Below are positions 41,685 through 51,233 of a stretch of DNA of 64,000 nt, piece after piece (position 1 is the first letter of the stretch; every line of letters begins with the position of its first letter). Source of the stretch: Alphaproteobacteria bacterium (GTDB lineage Bacteria > Pseudomonadota > Alphaproteobacteria > MPNO01); the NCBI GenBank assembly GCA_964291675.2, contig OZ219866.1:160001-224000 (forward strand), written 5' to 3'. Position numbers and translations under genes: made by a program. The notes beneath the pieces are model-generated. The model worked only from the letters and a program-made list of their open reading frames with translations. It did no database searches and was not told the origin of the DNA.

Positions 41685-44600
41685 ATGAACGGAGCCGCAA
41701 ACCGAGCGGGTCGAGAGCCGAGAGCGCCAGGTGGATCGGGGAGGGACCGGGCAGGGTCCGCGCACCGTCCGGGCGTAAACCCGTGCAGCCGCGCTCCGCG
41801 GACGCGCGCCGGGGGCGCGCTGGCGGCGCTGGCGCTTGCCGCGGCGGTGACCGCGACCGTCCCCGGCGTCGCCGGGGCGCAGACCCGCGCGACGGTGACC
41901 GTCGAGGCGACGCTGCCCACGACCCAGCTCGAGGGGGGCCCGCTCTGGTTCGAGGTCGAGCGTTCGGGCGCCCCGACCGACGCGGCGCTCGACGTGGCGG
42001 TGCAGGTTTCCGAGACCGGGGCCATGCTCCCCGCCGCCGCGAAGGGCGTGCGCACGGTCACCATCCCGGAGTTCGGCGAAGTCGGCCATCTCGTCATCGA
42101 CTCGATCGCCGACCTGACCGACGAGGCGGACAGCACCGTCAGCGTCTTTGTGCTCGAGAGAAGCGGGTATCGCGTCGGATCGCCCGCGCGGGCGCGAGCG
42201 ACCGTCACGGACGACGACATTCCGGTGGTGAACGTGGAAGCGGTCGCGGGCTCGGTGCGGGAGGGAAGCCCGGCCGTGTTCCGCGTCACCCGGGTGGGGC
42301 TGACCGCCCAGGCCCTCACGGTCGAGCTCGACGTGTTCGACCGCAACGGGGCGCTCACCGGCCCGGCGCTGGCCACCGGGTCGGCGACGATCGGGGCCGG
42401 CAGCAGCGCCGCGGAGATCTCGCTCGCCACGCGAGACGACAATGTGGATGGACCCCGGGGCGAGGCCTGGGTCCGGGTGCTGGCGGGCGACGGCTACACG
42501 ACGGGGGTCGGCGCGGAGGCGATGGTGCGCGTCGAGGACGACGAGCTGCCCGCGGTGAGCGTCGAGGCCGTCCAGGACCCGGTCAACGAGGGCACGCCCG
42601 CGCAGTTCACCGTGACCAGGACGGGCGTGCTGGACGACGAGCTCGAAGTGCGGCTCGCGGTCTCCGAGACCGGCGACATGGTCGATGCGGCGCTGCCCGG
42701 CAGTGTCGTCATCCCGGCCGGCCAGAATTCGGCGGGGGTGGAAATACCGACCGTCGACGACTCGACGGACGAGAGCAACGGCAGCGTGCGCGTCTCGCTG
42801 GTCTCGTCGACCGCCTACCGCCTCGGCACCGCGCGATCGGCGAGCGTCGGGATCGACGACGACGAGACGCCGACGGTCGGCATCGTGGCGGTGGGCGCGA
42901 CGGTCACCGAGGGCGCCGCTGCGCATTTCCGCCTCACCCGCGCCGGCCACACCGCCGACACCCTCACCGTCCCGCTGAGCGTCTTCGAGGAAGGCGACGT
43001 GCTCACCGACGCCGCGCGCCAGACTTCCTCGGTCGTCTTCGCCAGCGGTCGCGCCAGCGCGGCGCTTCGGCTCGCGACCGACGACGACGCGCTCGAGGAG
43101 CGCGACGGGCGCGTGACCGTCTACCTCGACCCGGGCGGCACGCACGGCCTCTCCCTGACCGCGCAGAACGCCTCGGTCGCGGTCGGCGACAACGACCGGA
43201 CGGGCTTCTCCATCGAGGCCGAGTCCGATGCCATTACGGAGGGCGGGACCGCCGAGTTCCGCGTGATCCGCGACGGGCTGGGGGAGTCGGCGGTCACCGT
43301 GCGGGTCTCGGTGAGCAAGCAGGGCGACATGTTCGCCGACAGCGCGACCGAGACCGTCGACGTGGCGTTCGCCGCGGATGTCTTCGAGGCAAGGTTCAGC
43401 ATCGAGACCATGAACGACGAGGCGGACGAGATCGACGGCGCGGTGAACGCGACCCTGCTCTCCGGCACCTTGTATTCGCTTCGGGCCGCGCGCAGCGCGC
43501 GGGTCGCGGTCAGGGACGACGACCTGGTCAACATAACCGTCGCCGGGCCCGCCTCGCCGGTCTCCGAGGGCTCGACCGCGGTCTTCACCTTCACCCGCGA
43601 CGGCTTCCTCGACCGCGAGCAGGCGATCAGGGTGTTCCATTACTCGAGCGGCAAGTGGACGGCGGCGGAGACGGGCACGACCACGGTGCGCTTCTCGCGC
43701 GGGTCGAGCACCGCGCGGCTCTCCCTGCCGATCTACGACGACGAGATCGACAACGACACGGACGTCACCGTCGGCGTGGACGTGTTGCGCACCTACGAGC
43801 ATGAGCTGGCCAGCTTCAGGCTGCCGGGGCGGGGCGGGGCGACGGTCACCGTGACCGACAACGACACCGACGACAACCTTCCCGTCGTCTCGGCGAGCGC
43901 GTCCGGGTCCGTCGTCGAGGGGCGGGACGCGGTCTTCACCCTGCGGCGAACCGGCATCACCGGGCACCCGCTGCTGGTCGCGGTCCACGTGACGGAGACG
44001 GGCGCGATGCTGGACGGCTCCCCGCCCCGGGAAGCGATGATCGCCCGCGGGTCGTCCACCGCCGCCGTCAGGGTGCGCACCCGCGCCGACGGCGTCGCCG
44101 AGGAGAGCAGCAGCGTGACGCTGCGGGTCGTGCAGGCCTTCGCCGACTACACCACGAACGCCGCGAGCGAGAGCGCGAGCCTGACGGTGCTCGACAACAC
44201 CGGCTATGTCGAGCCGACGGTGACGATCGCAAGGCTCGGATCGGCGACCGTCGAGGAGGGAACCGACCTGCGCTTCCGGGTCTCGCGCACCGGAACGACG
44301 ATCGGCCGGATCTCGGTCAATCTCGGGATCGGCGAGACCGGGAGTACGCTCAGGGGGCACCGTCCGCGGTCGGTGACGCTCGATCCGGACGCCACCGGCG
44401 CGACCGTCACGCTGTCCACCGACAACGACGACAGGGTCGAGCAGCCGAGCGTCGTCACCGTGACGCTGCGCAGCGGCGACCGCTACACCGTGGGCTCGCC
44501 AGCCTCGGCGACGGTCACGGTGAACGACGACGACACCGCCGGCTCGTCCCTCTCGCTGTCGCGCAGCGTCTCCCCCGACGGTCCCGGGACCGCCTTCGCC

Positions 44601-46298
44601 GCGAGCGCCGGGCCCGCGCTCTCGGTCGCCGATTCCGCGGTCGACGAGGCCCCGGGCGCGACCCTCGACTTCGTCGTGACCCTGAGCCCGGCGGCGGCCC
44701 GGACCGTCACCGTCGAGTACCGCACCGGCAACGGCACGGCGGACGCGGGCACCGACTACCGGCGCACGGCCGGAACCCTCGGCTTCGGGCCCGGGGAGAC
44801 CCGGAAGACGGTCTCCGTGCCGGTGCTCGACGACCCGCTCCACGAGGGCTCGGAGACCATGACGTTGAGTCTGTCGAACCCGTCGGGGGCGGCGATCGGC
44901 GACGGCGAGGCGACCGGCACCATCCGCAATACCGACGTCATGCCCGGGGCGTGGATCGCGCGCTTCGGCCGCGCGGTGGCGGAGCAGGCGATCGGCGCGG
45001 TGGAGGCGAGGCTGGCCTCGCCGCGCGCGCCGGGGCTCGCGGGGTCGGTAGCCGGCCGGGCCCTGGCCGGCGTCGCGGCCGGCGCGGCGGCGGGCGGGGA
45101 CGGCTTCGCGCCGCTTGCCTTCGGGTCCCGCACGGCGACGGACCGCGAGCTTCTCGCCGGCTCCTCCTTCGCGCTGGCCGGAGGGTCGGCGGAGCGCGGC
45201 TCGGCGGCGTTCTGGGGCGGCGGCGCGGCGACCCGCTTCGACGGGCGCGCGGGCGGGCGCGGCCTCGACGGCGAGGTGGCGGGCGCGACGCTCGGCGTGG
45301 ACTACGCGCAAGACCTCGTGCTGGCCGGGCTGATGGTCTCGCACGCGCGCGGCGAAGGCGACTACCGGGCGGGCGCCGGCGGCGCGGTCTCCTCCAGCCT
45401 CACCTCCGTCTTCCCCTACGCCCGCTACGCGCTCGGCGACCGGGTCGCGCTGTGGGGCATGGCGGGCTACGGCGCGGGCAAGCTGACGCTGAAGCCGCAG
45501 GGCGGGGCGAAGCTGCACCCGGATACCGACCTGATGATGGGGGCGGCCGGGTTGCGCGGCGTGCTGCTCGACGGCGCCGGCGACGGGCCGACGCTGGCGG
45601 CGAAGTCGGACGCCTTCGCGCTGCGCATGCGGGCCGACGCGGCGGCCGGGCTGGCGGCATCGGAGGCGCAGGTGACGCGGCTGCGCCTCGCGCTGGAGGG
45701 CGCGCAGGCGTTCGGCCTCGGCGCGGGCGTCGTTCTGACCCCGCGCCTGGAGCTCGGGCTGCGCCACGACGGGGGCGACGCCGAGACCGGCACCGGGGCC
45801 GATATCGGGGCGGGGCTCGACTTCGCCGACCGGGCGCGCGGGCTGTCCGCCGGGATGCGTGCGCGCGGGCTGCTCACCCACGAGGCCGGCGGCTTCCGCG
45901 ACCGCGGCCTCGCGGCGACGCTCGCCTACGACCCGGCGCCGGGCTCCGAGCGCGGCCTCTCGCTCGGCCTGGCGCAGAGCGTGGGCGGTCCGGCGTCGGG
46001 CGGGGCCGATGCGCTGTTCGCCCGCCCCGCGCCGGCGCACGACGGCGGGGACGGTTTCGCCCGGCGCCGCTTCGAGGCGCGGCTCGGCTACGGGCTCGGG
46101 GCGTCGGGCGGGCGCTGGACGGCGGTGCCGGAGCTGCGCCTCGGGCTGTCGCAGGCGGATCGCGAGGCGCGCCTCGGCCTGCGCCTGCGGGCGGCCGCCG
46201 GCTTCGAGATGCGCCTCGAGGCGGCGCGCCGCGAGCCGGCCGACGGCGACACCCCGCCGGAGAGCCGCATCGCCCTCACCGCCGCCGCGCGCTGGTAG
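41685..46298 (+). CDS. Large adhesin-like autotransporter with about nine Calx-beta-like domains
   Basis: Repeats of V.EG..A.F.V.R.G...T.DD...Y.VG....A.V.V.DDD; C-terminal beta-barrel (ELGLRHDGGDAETG) ending in W; start uncertain. Confidence 0.85.
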   Translation: MNGAANRAGREPRAPGGSGRDRAGSAHRPGVNPCSRAPRTRAGGALAALALAAAVTATVPGVAGAQTRATVTVEATLPTTQLEGGPLWFEVERSGAPTDAALDVAVQVSETGAMLPAAAKGVRTVTIPEFGEVGHLVIDSIADLTDEADSTVSVFVLERSGYRVGSPARARATVTDDDIPVVNVEAVAGSVREGSPAVFRVTRVGLTAQALTVELDVFDRNGALTGPALATGSATIGAGSSAAEISLATRDDNVDGPRGEAWVRVLAGDGYTTGVGAEAMVRVEDDELPAVSVEAVQDPVNEGTPAQFTVTRTGVLDDELEVRLAVSETGDMVDAALPGSVVIPAGQNSAGVEIPTVDDSTDESNGSVRVSLVSSTAYRLGTARSASVGIDDDETPTVGIVAVGATVTEGAAAHFRLTRAGHTADTLTVPLSVFEEGDVLTDAARQTSSVVFASGRASAALRLATDDDALEERDGRVTVYLDPGGTHGLSLTAQNASVAVGDNDRTGFSIEAESDAITEGGTAEFRVIRDGLGESAVTVRVSVSKQGDMFADSATETVDVAFAADVFEARFSIETMNDEADEIDGAVNATLLSGTLYSLRAARSARVAVRDDDLVNITVAGPASPVSEGSTAVFTFTRDGFLDREQAIRVFHYSSGKWTAAETGTTTVRFSRGSSTARLSLPIYDDEIDNDTDVTVGVDVLRTYEHELASFRLPGRGGATVTVTDNDTDDNLPVVSASASGSVVEGRDAVFTLRRTGITGHPLLVAVHVTETGAMLDGSPPREAMIARGSSTAAVRVRTRADGVAEESSSVTLRVVQAFADYTTNAASESASLTVLDNTGYVEPTVTIARLGSATVEEGTDLRFRVSRTGTTIGRISVNLGIGETGSTLRGHRPRSVTLDPDATGATVTLSTDNDDRVEQPSVVTVTLRSGDRYTVGSPASATVTVNDDDTAGSSLSLSRSVSPDGPGTAFAASAGPALSVADSAVDEAPGATLDFVVTLSPAAARTVTVEYRTGNGTADAGTDYRRTAGTLGFGPGETRKTVSVPVLDDPLHEGSETMTLSLSNPSGAAIGDGEATGTIRNTDVMPGAWIARFGRAVAEQAIGAVEARLASPRAPGLAGSVAGRALAGVAAGAAAGGDGFAPLAFGSRTATDRELLAGSSFALAGGSAERGSAAFWGGGAATRFDGRAGGRGLDGEVAGATLGVDYAQDLVLAGLMVSHARGEGDYRAGAGGAVSSSLTSVFPYARYALGDRVALWGMAGYGAGKLTLKPQGGAKLHPDTDLMMGAAGLRGVLLDGAGDGPTLAAKSDAFALRMRADAAAGLAASEAQVTRLRLALEGAQAFGLGAGVVLTPRLELGLRHDGGDAETGTGADIGAGLDFADRARGLSAGMRARGLLTHEAGGFRDRGLAATLAYDPAPGSERGLSLGLAQSVGGPASGGADALFARPAPAHDGGDGFARRRFEARLGYGLGASGGRWTAVPELRLGLSQADREARLGLRLRAAAGFEMRLEAARREPADGDTPPESRIALTAAARW

Positions 46299-46346
46299 CC
46301 CGCGCCGCGACCCGGGGCAGGCCAGGACAGCGGCAGGAATTCCGCG

Positions 46347-46664
46347 CTAGCGAACCGCCTCCACCTTGAGGCGAAGCCGCTCGCGATCCTGCAGGCAGCC
46401 GATGACCTCGAAGAGGTTCCGGGCCTGGGGATTTCCGTCGGGACCGAACATGCGCATAAGGCTCTTGGGCGACTTCTCGGTCAGAATGCCAAGCTCCCGA
46501 AACCCGATCGTGGCGTTGATGTAGTCGCGCAGAATTGTCTTGCCGGTGTCCATATCGCCCGAAAGCAGGCGCTCGACCCCCTCCTTGAGCAGCGCCTCGC
46601 GGAAGGCCGGGTCGCGGTCGATGCGTCGCTTGACGGTTTCCTTGAAGTCGCGTGTGAGAGACAT
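46347..46664 (-). CDS. HigA-like antitoxin/transcriptional regulator
   Basis: MSLTRDFKETV..LRDYINATIGF..KSLMRM..GNP. Confidence 0.82.
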   Translation of the reverse strand: MSLTRDFKETVKRRIDRDPAFREALLKEGVERLLSGDMDTGKTILRDYINATIGFRELGILTEKSPKSLMRMFGPDGNPQARNLFEVIGCLQDRERLRLKVEAVR

Positions 46665-46670
46665 GGCTCT

Positions 46671-46743
46671 CAGCCCTCCGATTGAACCACCGCGCATGGA
46701 GGCTGCGGCCCTTGGGATCGACATATTCCCCGATTGCGATCAT
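46671..46743 (-). pseudogene. HigB/RelE-like toxin 5' remnant
   Basis: MIAIGEYVDPKGRSLHARWF (cf. EY...GRSPF..WF) ends after about 24 codons; GTAAC-N6-GTTAC operator at 46753-46768. Confidence 0.65.
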
Positions 46744-46868
46744 GCCTCATTAGTAACATTTGCGTTACCAAACGGTCGGTCAAGCCTGCCGAAGGGACGC
46801 CCGCCTTGCCGTCCGGCACAACCGCTGATAGCTTGCCGGCGACCCTGACCCCGACCCCGGAGCCCGCC

Positions 46869-48194
46869 ATGCCGGACACTGCGCGCAGCACGGCGAACAC
46901 GCTTGAGCCGTATTTCATGCCGTTCACGGCGAACCGTCATTTCAAGTCGGCGCCGCGGATCATCGTATCGGCCGAGGGCGTGCACTACCGCACCGACGAC
47001 GGCCGGCGCCTGCTCGACGGCTCGGCCGGGATGTGGTGCGTCAATGCGGGGCACGGCCGCGAGAAGATCGTGCGCGCGATCCAGGCCCAGGCGGCGGCGA
47101 TGGACTATGCGCCGGCGTTCCAGTGCGGCCACCCGGGCGCGTTCGAGCTGGCCGGGCGTCTGGCGGCCCTGCTGCCGGGCTCGCTGGACCATGCGTTCTT
47201 CTGCAACTCGGGCTCGGAGGCGGTGGACACGGCGCTGAAGATCGCGCTCGCCTATCACCGCCAGAACGGCGAGGCGACGCGGACCCGTCTGATCGGCCGC
47301 GAGCGCGCCTATCACGGCGTCGGCTTCGGCGGCACGGCGGTTGGCGGGATGCCGAACAACCGCAAGCAGTTCGGCAACCTGGTGGCCGGCGTCGACCATC
47401 TGCGCCACACCTACGATGCGGAGCAGATGGCGTTCTCGCGCGGCCACCCGGCATGGGGGGCGCATCTGGCGGACGATCTGGAGCGGCTCTGCGCGCTGCA
47501 CGATCCCTCGACGATCGCGGCCGTGATCGTCGAGCCGGTGGCGGGCTCGACCGGTGTCCTGGTGCCGCCGGAGGGCTATCTGGCGCGGCTTCGGGAGATC
47601 TGCGACCGGCACGGGATATTGCTGATCCTGGACGAGGTGATCACCGGGTTCGGGCGGCTGGGCGCGGCGTTCGCCGCCGAGCGCTTCGCCGTCGAGCCGG
47701 ACATGATCACCATGGCCAAGGGTCTGACCAACGCGACGGTGCCGATGGCGGCGGTGGGCGTGAGCAAGCGGATCCACGACACGCTGATGGAAGGTCCGGC
47801 CGGCGTCGAGCTGTTCCACGGCTACACCTATTCGGGCCATCCGCTGGCCTGCGCGGCGGGTCTGGCGACGCTGGAGGTCTATGCCGAGGAGGGGTTGTTC
47901 GAGCGCGCGCGCACCCTGGCGCCGCTGTGGGAGGACGCGCTGCACGGGCTCCGCGGGCGGCGGGGCGTGATCGACATCCGCAATATCGGCCTGATGGGGG
48001 CGGTCGAGCTGGCGCCGCGCCCGGATTCGCCCGGGGCGCGCGGCCTGGAGGTCTATCTCGAATGCTTCAACACCGGTCTGATCGCGCGCCAGACCGGCGA
48101 CACCATCGCGCTGTCGCCGCCGCTGATCATCACCGGGGACCAGATCGCCGAGCTTGCCGCCATCCTGGGCGCCGCCATCGACGCGGTGGAGTGA
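46869..48194 (+). CDS. Omega-amino acid:pyruvate aminotransferase (class III, BauA-like)
   Basis: MPFTANR, NSGSE, DEVITGFGR, AKG, HGYTYSGHP. Confidence 0.9.
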   Translation: MPDTARSTANTLEPYFMPFTANRHFKSAPRIIVSAEGVHYRTDDGRRLLDGSAGMWCVNAGHGREKIVRAIQAQAAAMDYAPAFQCGHPGAFELAGRLAALLPGSLDHAFFCNSGSEAVDTALKIALAYHRQNGEATRTRLIGRERAYHGVGFGGTAVGGMPNNRKQFGNLVAGVDHLRHTYDAEQMAFSRGHPAWGAHLADDLERLCALHDPSTIAAVIVEPVAGSTGVLVPPEGYLARLREICDRHGILLILDEVITGFGRLGAAFAAERFAVEPDMITMAKGLTNATVPMAAVGVSKRIHDTLMEGPAGVELFHGYTYSGHPLACAAGLATLEVYAEEGLFERARTLAPLWEDALHGLRGRRGVIDIRNIGLMGAVELAPRPDSPGARGLEVYLECFNTGLIARQTGDTIALSPPLIITGDQIAELAAILGAAIDAVE

Positions 48195-48222
48195 GAAAGG
48201 CCTTGAAGTCGGGGCTGGCACG

Positions 48223-48246
48223 GGCTATCTGTCCAGTTAGATAGCC
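48223..48246. promoter_or_regulatory. Putative antitoxin operator GGCTATCT-N8-AGATAGCC
   Basis: Perfect 8-bp inverted repeat upstream of phd. Confidence 0.6.
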
Positions 48247-48262
48247 AGATGAGGCTCGTGCG

Positions 48263-48502
48263 ATGTGGACGCTCCAGGACGCCAAAAACCGGTTCAGCGC
48301 CGTCGTGAACGCGGCGCTCGCGGGCACGCCGCAGGAGGTGACACGGCGCGGCAAGCCAGCCGTCGTCGTTCTCTCCACCCTGGAATACCGCCGCCTGGTC
48401 GCGCGGGCCGGTGAGGCTCGCGGCTCCTTCGTCGATCATCTGCTTTCCTTCCCCGGCCCGATCGAGCGCGCCAGGACCGCCGCCCGCCCCGTCGAGTTTT
48501 GA
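48263..48502 (+). CDS. Phd/YefM antitoxin
   Basis: W.LQDAKNRFS.VV, VTRRGKPAVVV. Confidence 0.88.
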   Translation: MWTLQDAKNRFSAVVNAALAGTPQEVTRRGKPAVVVLSTLEYRRLVARAGEARGSFVDHLLSFPGPIERARTAARPVEF

Positions 48503-48903
48503 AGTTCCTCCTCGACACCGACGTGCTGTCGGCTGCGCGGCGCCCCGGGCGCGCTCCCCGGGCCGCGGCCTGGCTGAGGTCGCGGCGGGAGGAAGACCTC
48601 TATCTCAGCGTCGTGACGCTCGGCGAAATCGAGCGGGGTATCGCGCTCCAGGTCCCGCGCCGACCGGAATTCGCCGCGGACCTGCGCATGTGGATCGAAG
48701 GCACGCTACGCCTGTTCGCGGACCGTCTCCTGCCCTTCGGCGCGGAGGAGGCGCGCATCTGGGGACGGCTCTCCGCGAAGCTCGGCCACGACGGCGCCGA
48801 CCTGCAAATCGCCGCCACGGCGCTGGCGCAGGGCGCCGTCGTCGTTACCGGGAACGTAGCGGATTTCGAACCGACGGGGGTGGCAGTCGAGAACCCGTTC
48901 TAG
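48499..48903 (+). CDS. vapC: VapC PIN toxin (appears intact)
   Basis: LLDTD, GEI, DLQIAATA, TGNVADF, NPF. Confidence 0.85.
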   Translation: MKFLLDTDVLSAARRPGRAPRAAAWLRSRREEDLYLSVVTLGEIERGIALQVPRRPEFAADLRMWIEGTLRLFADRLLPFGAEEARIWGRLSAKLGHDGADLQIAATALAQGAVVVTGNVADFEPTGVAVENPF

Positions 48904-48918
48904 GGCATCGGCAGGCCG

Positions 48919-49100
48919 GTCCTTCGATACGCGGCTTCGCCGCTACTCAGGATGAGGCTGCGGGGTGAGCGCGGGCCGGGAAAAGCACCTCGTCCCGGGT
49001 AGCCCCCGAAGCGGGCGTATCGAAGGACGCCTGGCCCCGGCGTTCCCCCCTTGTCATGCCCGGGCCTGCCCCGGATCACGGTCCGGATCGAGCCCGGGGC
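48919..49100. repeat. Family A repeat (48919-49030) followed by a degenerate family B repeat
   Basis: gtccttcgatacgcggcttcgccgctactcaggatgagg..cgtatcgaaggacg, then gtcatgcccgg. Confidence 0.75.
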
Positions 49101-49185
49101 CCGCTCGCGAGGTCCCGCGGCTTGGAACGGCGCCCGAGCCGCCATATCATATCCGTCATAACCCATGCCGAAAGGGTCATGGACG

Positions 49186-50709
49186 ATGGCGGCGCGACGG
49201 CTGGCGGGGCGGGCGGCTTGTGGGCTCGCGCTCTGCCTGGCCTGGCTCTTCGCCGCCCCCGCCGCCCCGGCGGAGGATGCGAGGTGCCGCGCCGCGCCCG
49301 ACCGTGCCTGCCTGATCCGCCACGCGCTGGCGACCGCCCGGAAGGTCGGGGACGCCGGCGCCAGGGCCGCGGCGCTCAGGGACATCGCGGCGGTGCAGGC
49401 CGAGGCCGGCGAGGCGAGGCGCGCGCGCTGGACCTTCCACCGGGCGCGCGTGACCGCCGAGGGGATCGCGGACGCCTTCGGCCGGGCCGCCGCGCTCAAG
49501 GAGATCGCCGCGGCGCAGGCCGGGGCGGGCGAGGCGCGGGCCGCGCGCGCCACCGCCGATGCGGCGCTCGCCAGCGCCCGGCGCATCGAGGACGCATCCG
49601 AGCGGGCGCTCGCGCTGCGCGGCATCGCCGCCGCGCAGGCCGGGGCGGGCGATCCGCAGGCCGCGCGCGCTACCGCGGCGGCGGCGCTATCGGCCGCACG
49701 GCGCATCGAATGCGCCCTGGTCCGCGCCCATGCGCTGGCCGGGATCGCCTGGGAGCAGGCCGAGGAGGGCGATGCGCAGGCAGCGCTGGCGACCGCCCGG
49801 GCGGCGCTCGCCGCCGCCCGTCGGATCCCGCCCGGCCTCGCCCGGGCCGGGGTGCTGCCGACGATCGCCGCGGCGCAGGCGGCGGCGGGGGATGCCGATT
49901 CCGCGCTCGCCACGGCGCGGCGGATCGGCGACCCCGCCGGCCGGGCGCGGGCGCTCGGCGACATCGCGGCGGCGCGGGCCGAGGCGGGCGACCCGGGCGG
50001 CGCATTCGCCACCGCGCGGCGGATCGCGGACCCCGCCCGCAAGGCGGCGGCGCTGGTGGACATAGCGGCGGCCGAGATCGCGGCGGGCGATGCCAGGGGC
50101 GCGCTCGCCACGCTGGGCGCGGCGCGGTCGAACGCGGCCAGGATCGCGAGCCCGTTCCACCGGACCCGGGCGCTCGCGCGCATCGCCGGAGCGCAGGCCG
50201 GGGCGGGCGATGCGCGCGCCGCGCGCGCCAGCTTCGATGCCGCGCGCGCGGCCGCCGAAGGGATCGCGGCCGACCCCCCCAGGGCCGGGGCGTTCGACCT
50301 GCTGGCGCGGGCGCGGGCCGCGGCGGGCGATGCCGGGGGCGCGCGCGCGGCCTTCGCGGCGGCGCAGGCGGCGGCGGAGCGGATCGGCGACCCAAGCAAG
50401 CGGTTGGCGGCGCTCGCCGACATCGCGACGGCCCGGGTCGAGGCGGGCGACGCCGGGGGCGCGCTCGCGAGCGCCGCCGCGGCGCTGGCGGCGGCCGGGA
50501 AGACGGGCGGCGATGCGGCGGAGGCCGCTTCGGGCGGGCCGACCCGGTTCGAGCCGGGCCGCGGGTGGTCGCTGGCGGAGATCGCCGCGGCGCAGGCCAG
50601 GGCCGGCGATCCGCGGGCCGCGCTCGCCACCGCCGGCCGGATCGAACGCGCCGCGACCAGGCTGTGGGCGCTCACCGCCATCGCCGCCGCCCTCGCCGGG
50701 CGGCGCTGA
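49186..50709 (+). CDS. Secreted TPR-like helical-repeat protein 1
   Basis: Signal peptide, CRAAPDRAC, repeats RA.AL..IAAAQA.AGD. Confidence 0.8.
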   Translation: MAARRLAGRAACGLALCLAWLFAAPAAPAEDARCRAAPDRACLIRHALATARKVGDAGARAAALRDIAAVQAEAGEARRARWTFHRARVTAEGIADAFGRAAALKEIAAAQAGAGEARAARATADAALASARRIEDASERALALRGIAAAQAGAGDPQAARATAAAALSAARRIECALVRAHALAGIAWEQAEEGDAQAALATARAALAAARRIPPGLARAGVLPTIAAAQAAAGDADSALATARRIGDPAGRARALGDIAAARAEAGDPGGAFATARRIADPARKAAALVDIAAAEIAAGDARGALATLGAARSNAARIASPFHRTRALARIAGAQAGAGDARAARASFDAARAAAEGIAADPPRAGAFDLLARARAAAGDAGGARAAFAAAQAAAERIGDPSKRLAALADIATARVEAGDAGGALASAAAALAAAGKTGGDAAEAASGGPTRFEPGRGWSLAEIAAAQARAGDPRAALATAGRIERAATRLWALTAIAAALAGRR

Positions 50710-50753
50710 CGCGGCCCGAAGGGGCGCAAGGCAGGCGCGTTTGGCGTGGCGCG

Positions 50754-51170
50754 TCAGCGGATGCCGTTGGCGCGCTGGAGCTCGCGGACATAGGCCACGA
50801 TCGCCGCCACGTCGCGCCGGGTCAGCCCCTCGACCGGCGGCATGTCGCCGAACCGCCAGTGGTGGGCCCGCACGCCACTTGCGACCGCGCGCTGGAACGA
50901 CTCGTCGCCGTGGTGGCCGGGCTCGTAGACGACGTGGACCAGCGGCGGCGCGACCCCTTGCTGTCCCGCCGCATCGCCGCCGTGGCAGGACGCGCAGTTG
51001 GCCTCATAGGTCTTCCGCCCGGCCTGCGCCCGCGCCGAGAGGGTGTCGGGCACGCGGACCGACACCATCGGCGGGCCGCCTTCGCCGTCGCCGTCGCCGA
51101 AATAGAAATATCCGGCGGCGGCGAGGGCCGCGGCCAGGACCGGCAGCGCCGCGCCGCGCTTCAGTGACAT
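50754..51170 (-). CDS. Class I cytochrome c
   Basis: CASCH, PPLVH..YEP.HH, FGDMP. Confidence 0.88.
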   Translation of the reverse strand: MSLKRGAALPVLAAALAAAGYFYFGDGDGEGGPPMVSVRVPDTLSARAQAGRKTYEANCASCHGGDAAGQQGVAPPLVHVVYEPGHHGDESFQRAVASGVRAHHWRFGDMPPVEGLTRRDVAAIVAYVRELQRANGIR

Positions 51171-51233
51171 GGCTTGCTCCCACACTCGGCCTGCCCTGCC
51201 TCGCCGGTCGCGGCGGCGGCAAGGCGGTTGCAG

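Noticed and set aside
41637-46040. 1467-aa antisense ORF and similar long Arg/Pro/Gly-rich ORFs throughout the window
   Set aside because: Shadow frames of real genes in high-GC DNA, with no family motifs.
48499-48903. VapC as another pseudogene
   Set aside because: Full length, with the acidic PIN residues present; a TTG start alone does not indicate decay.
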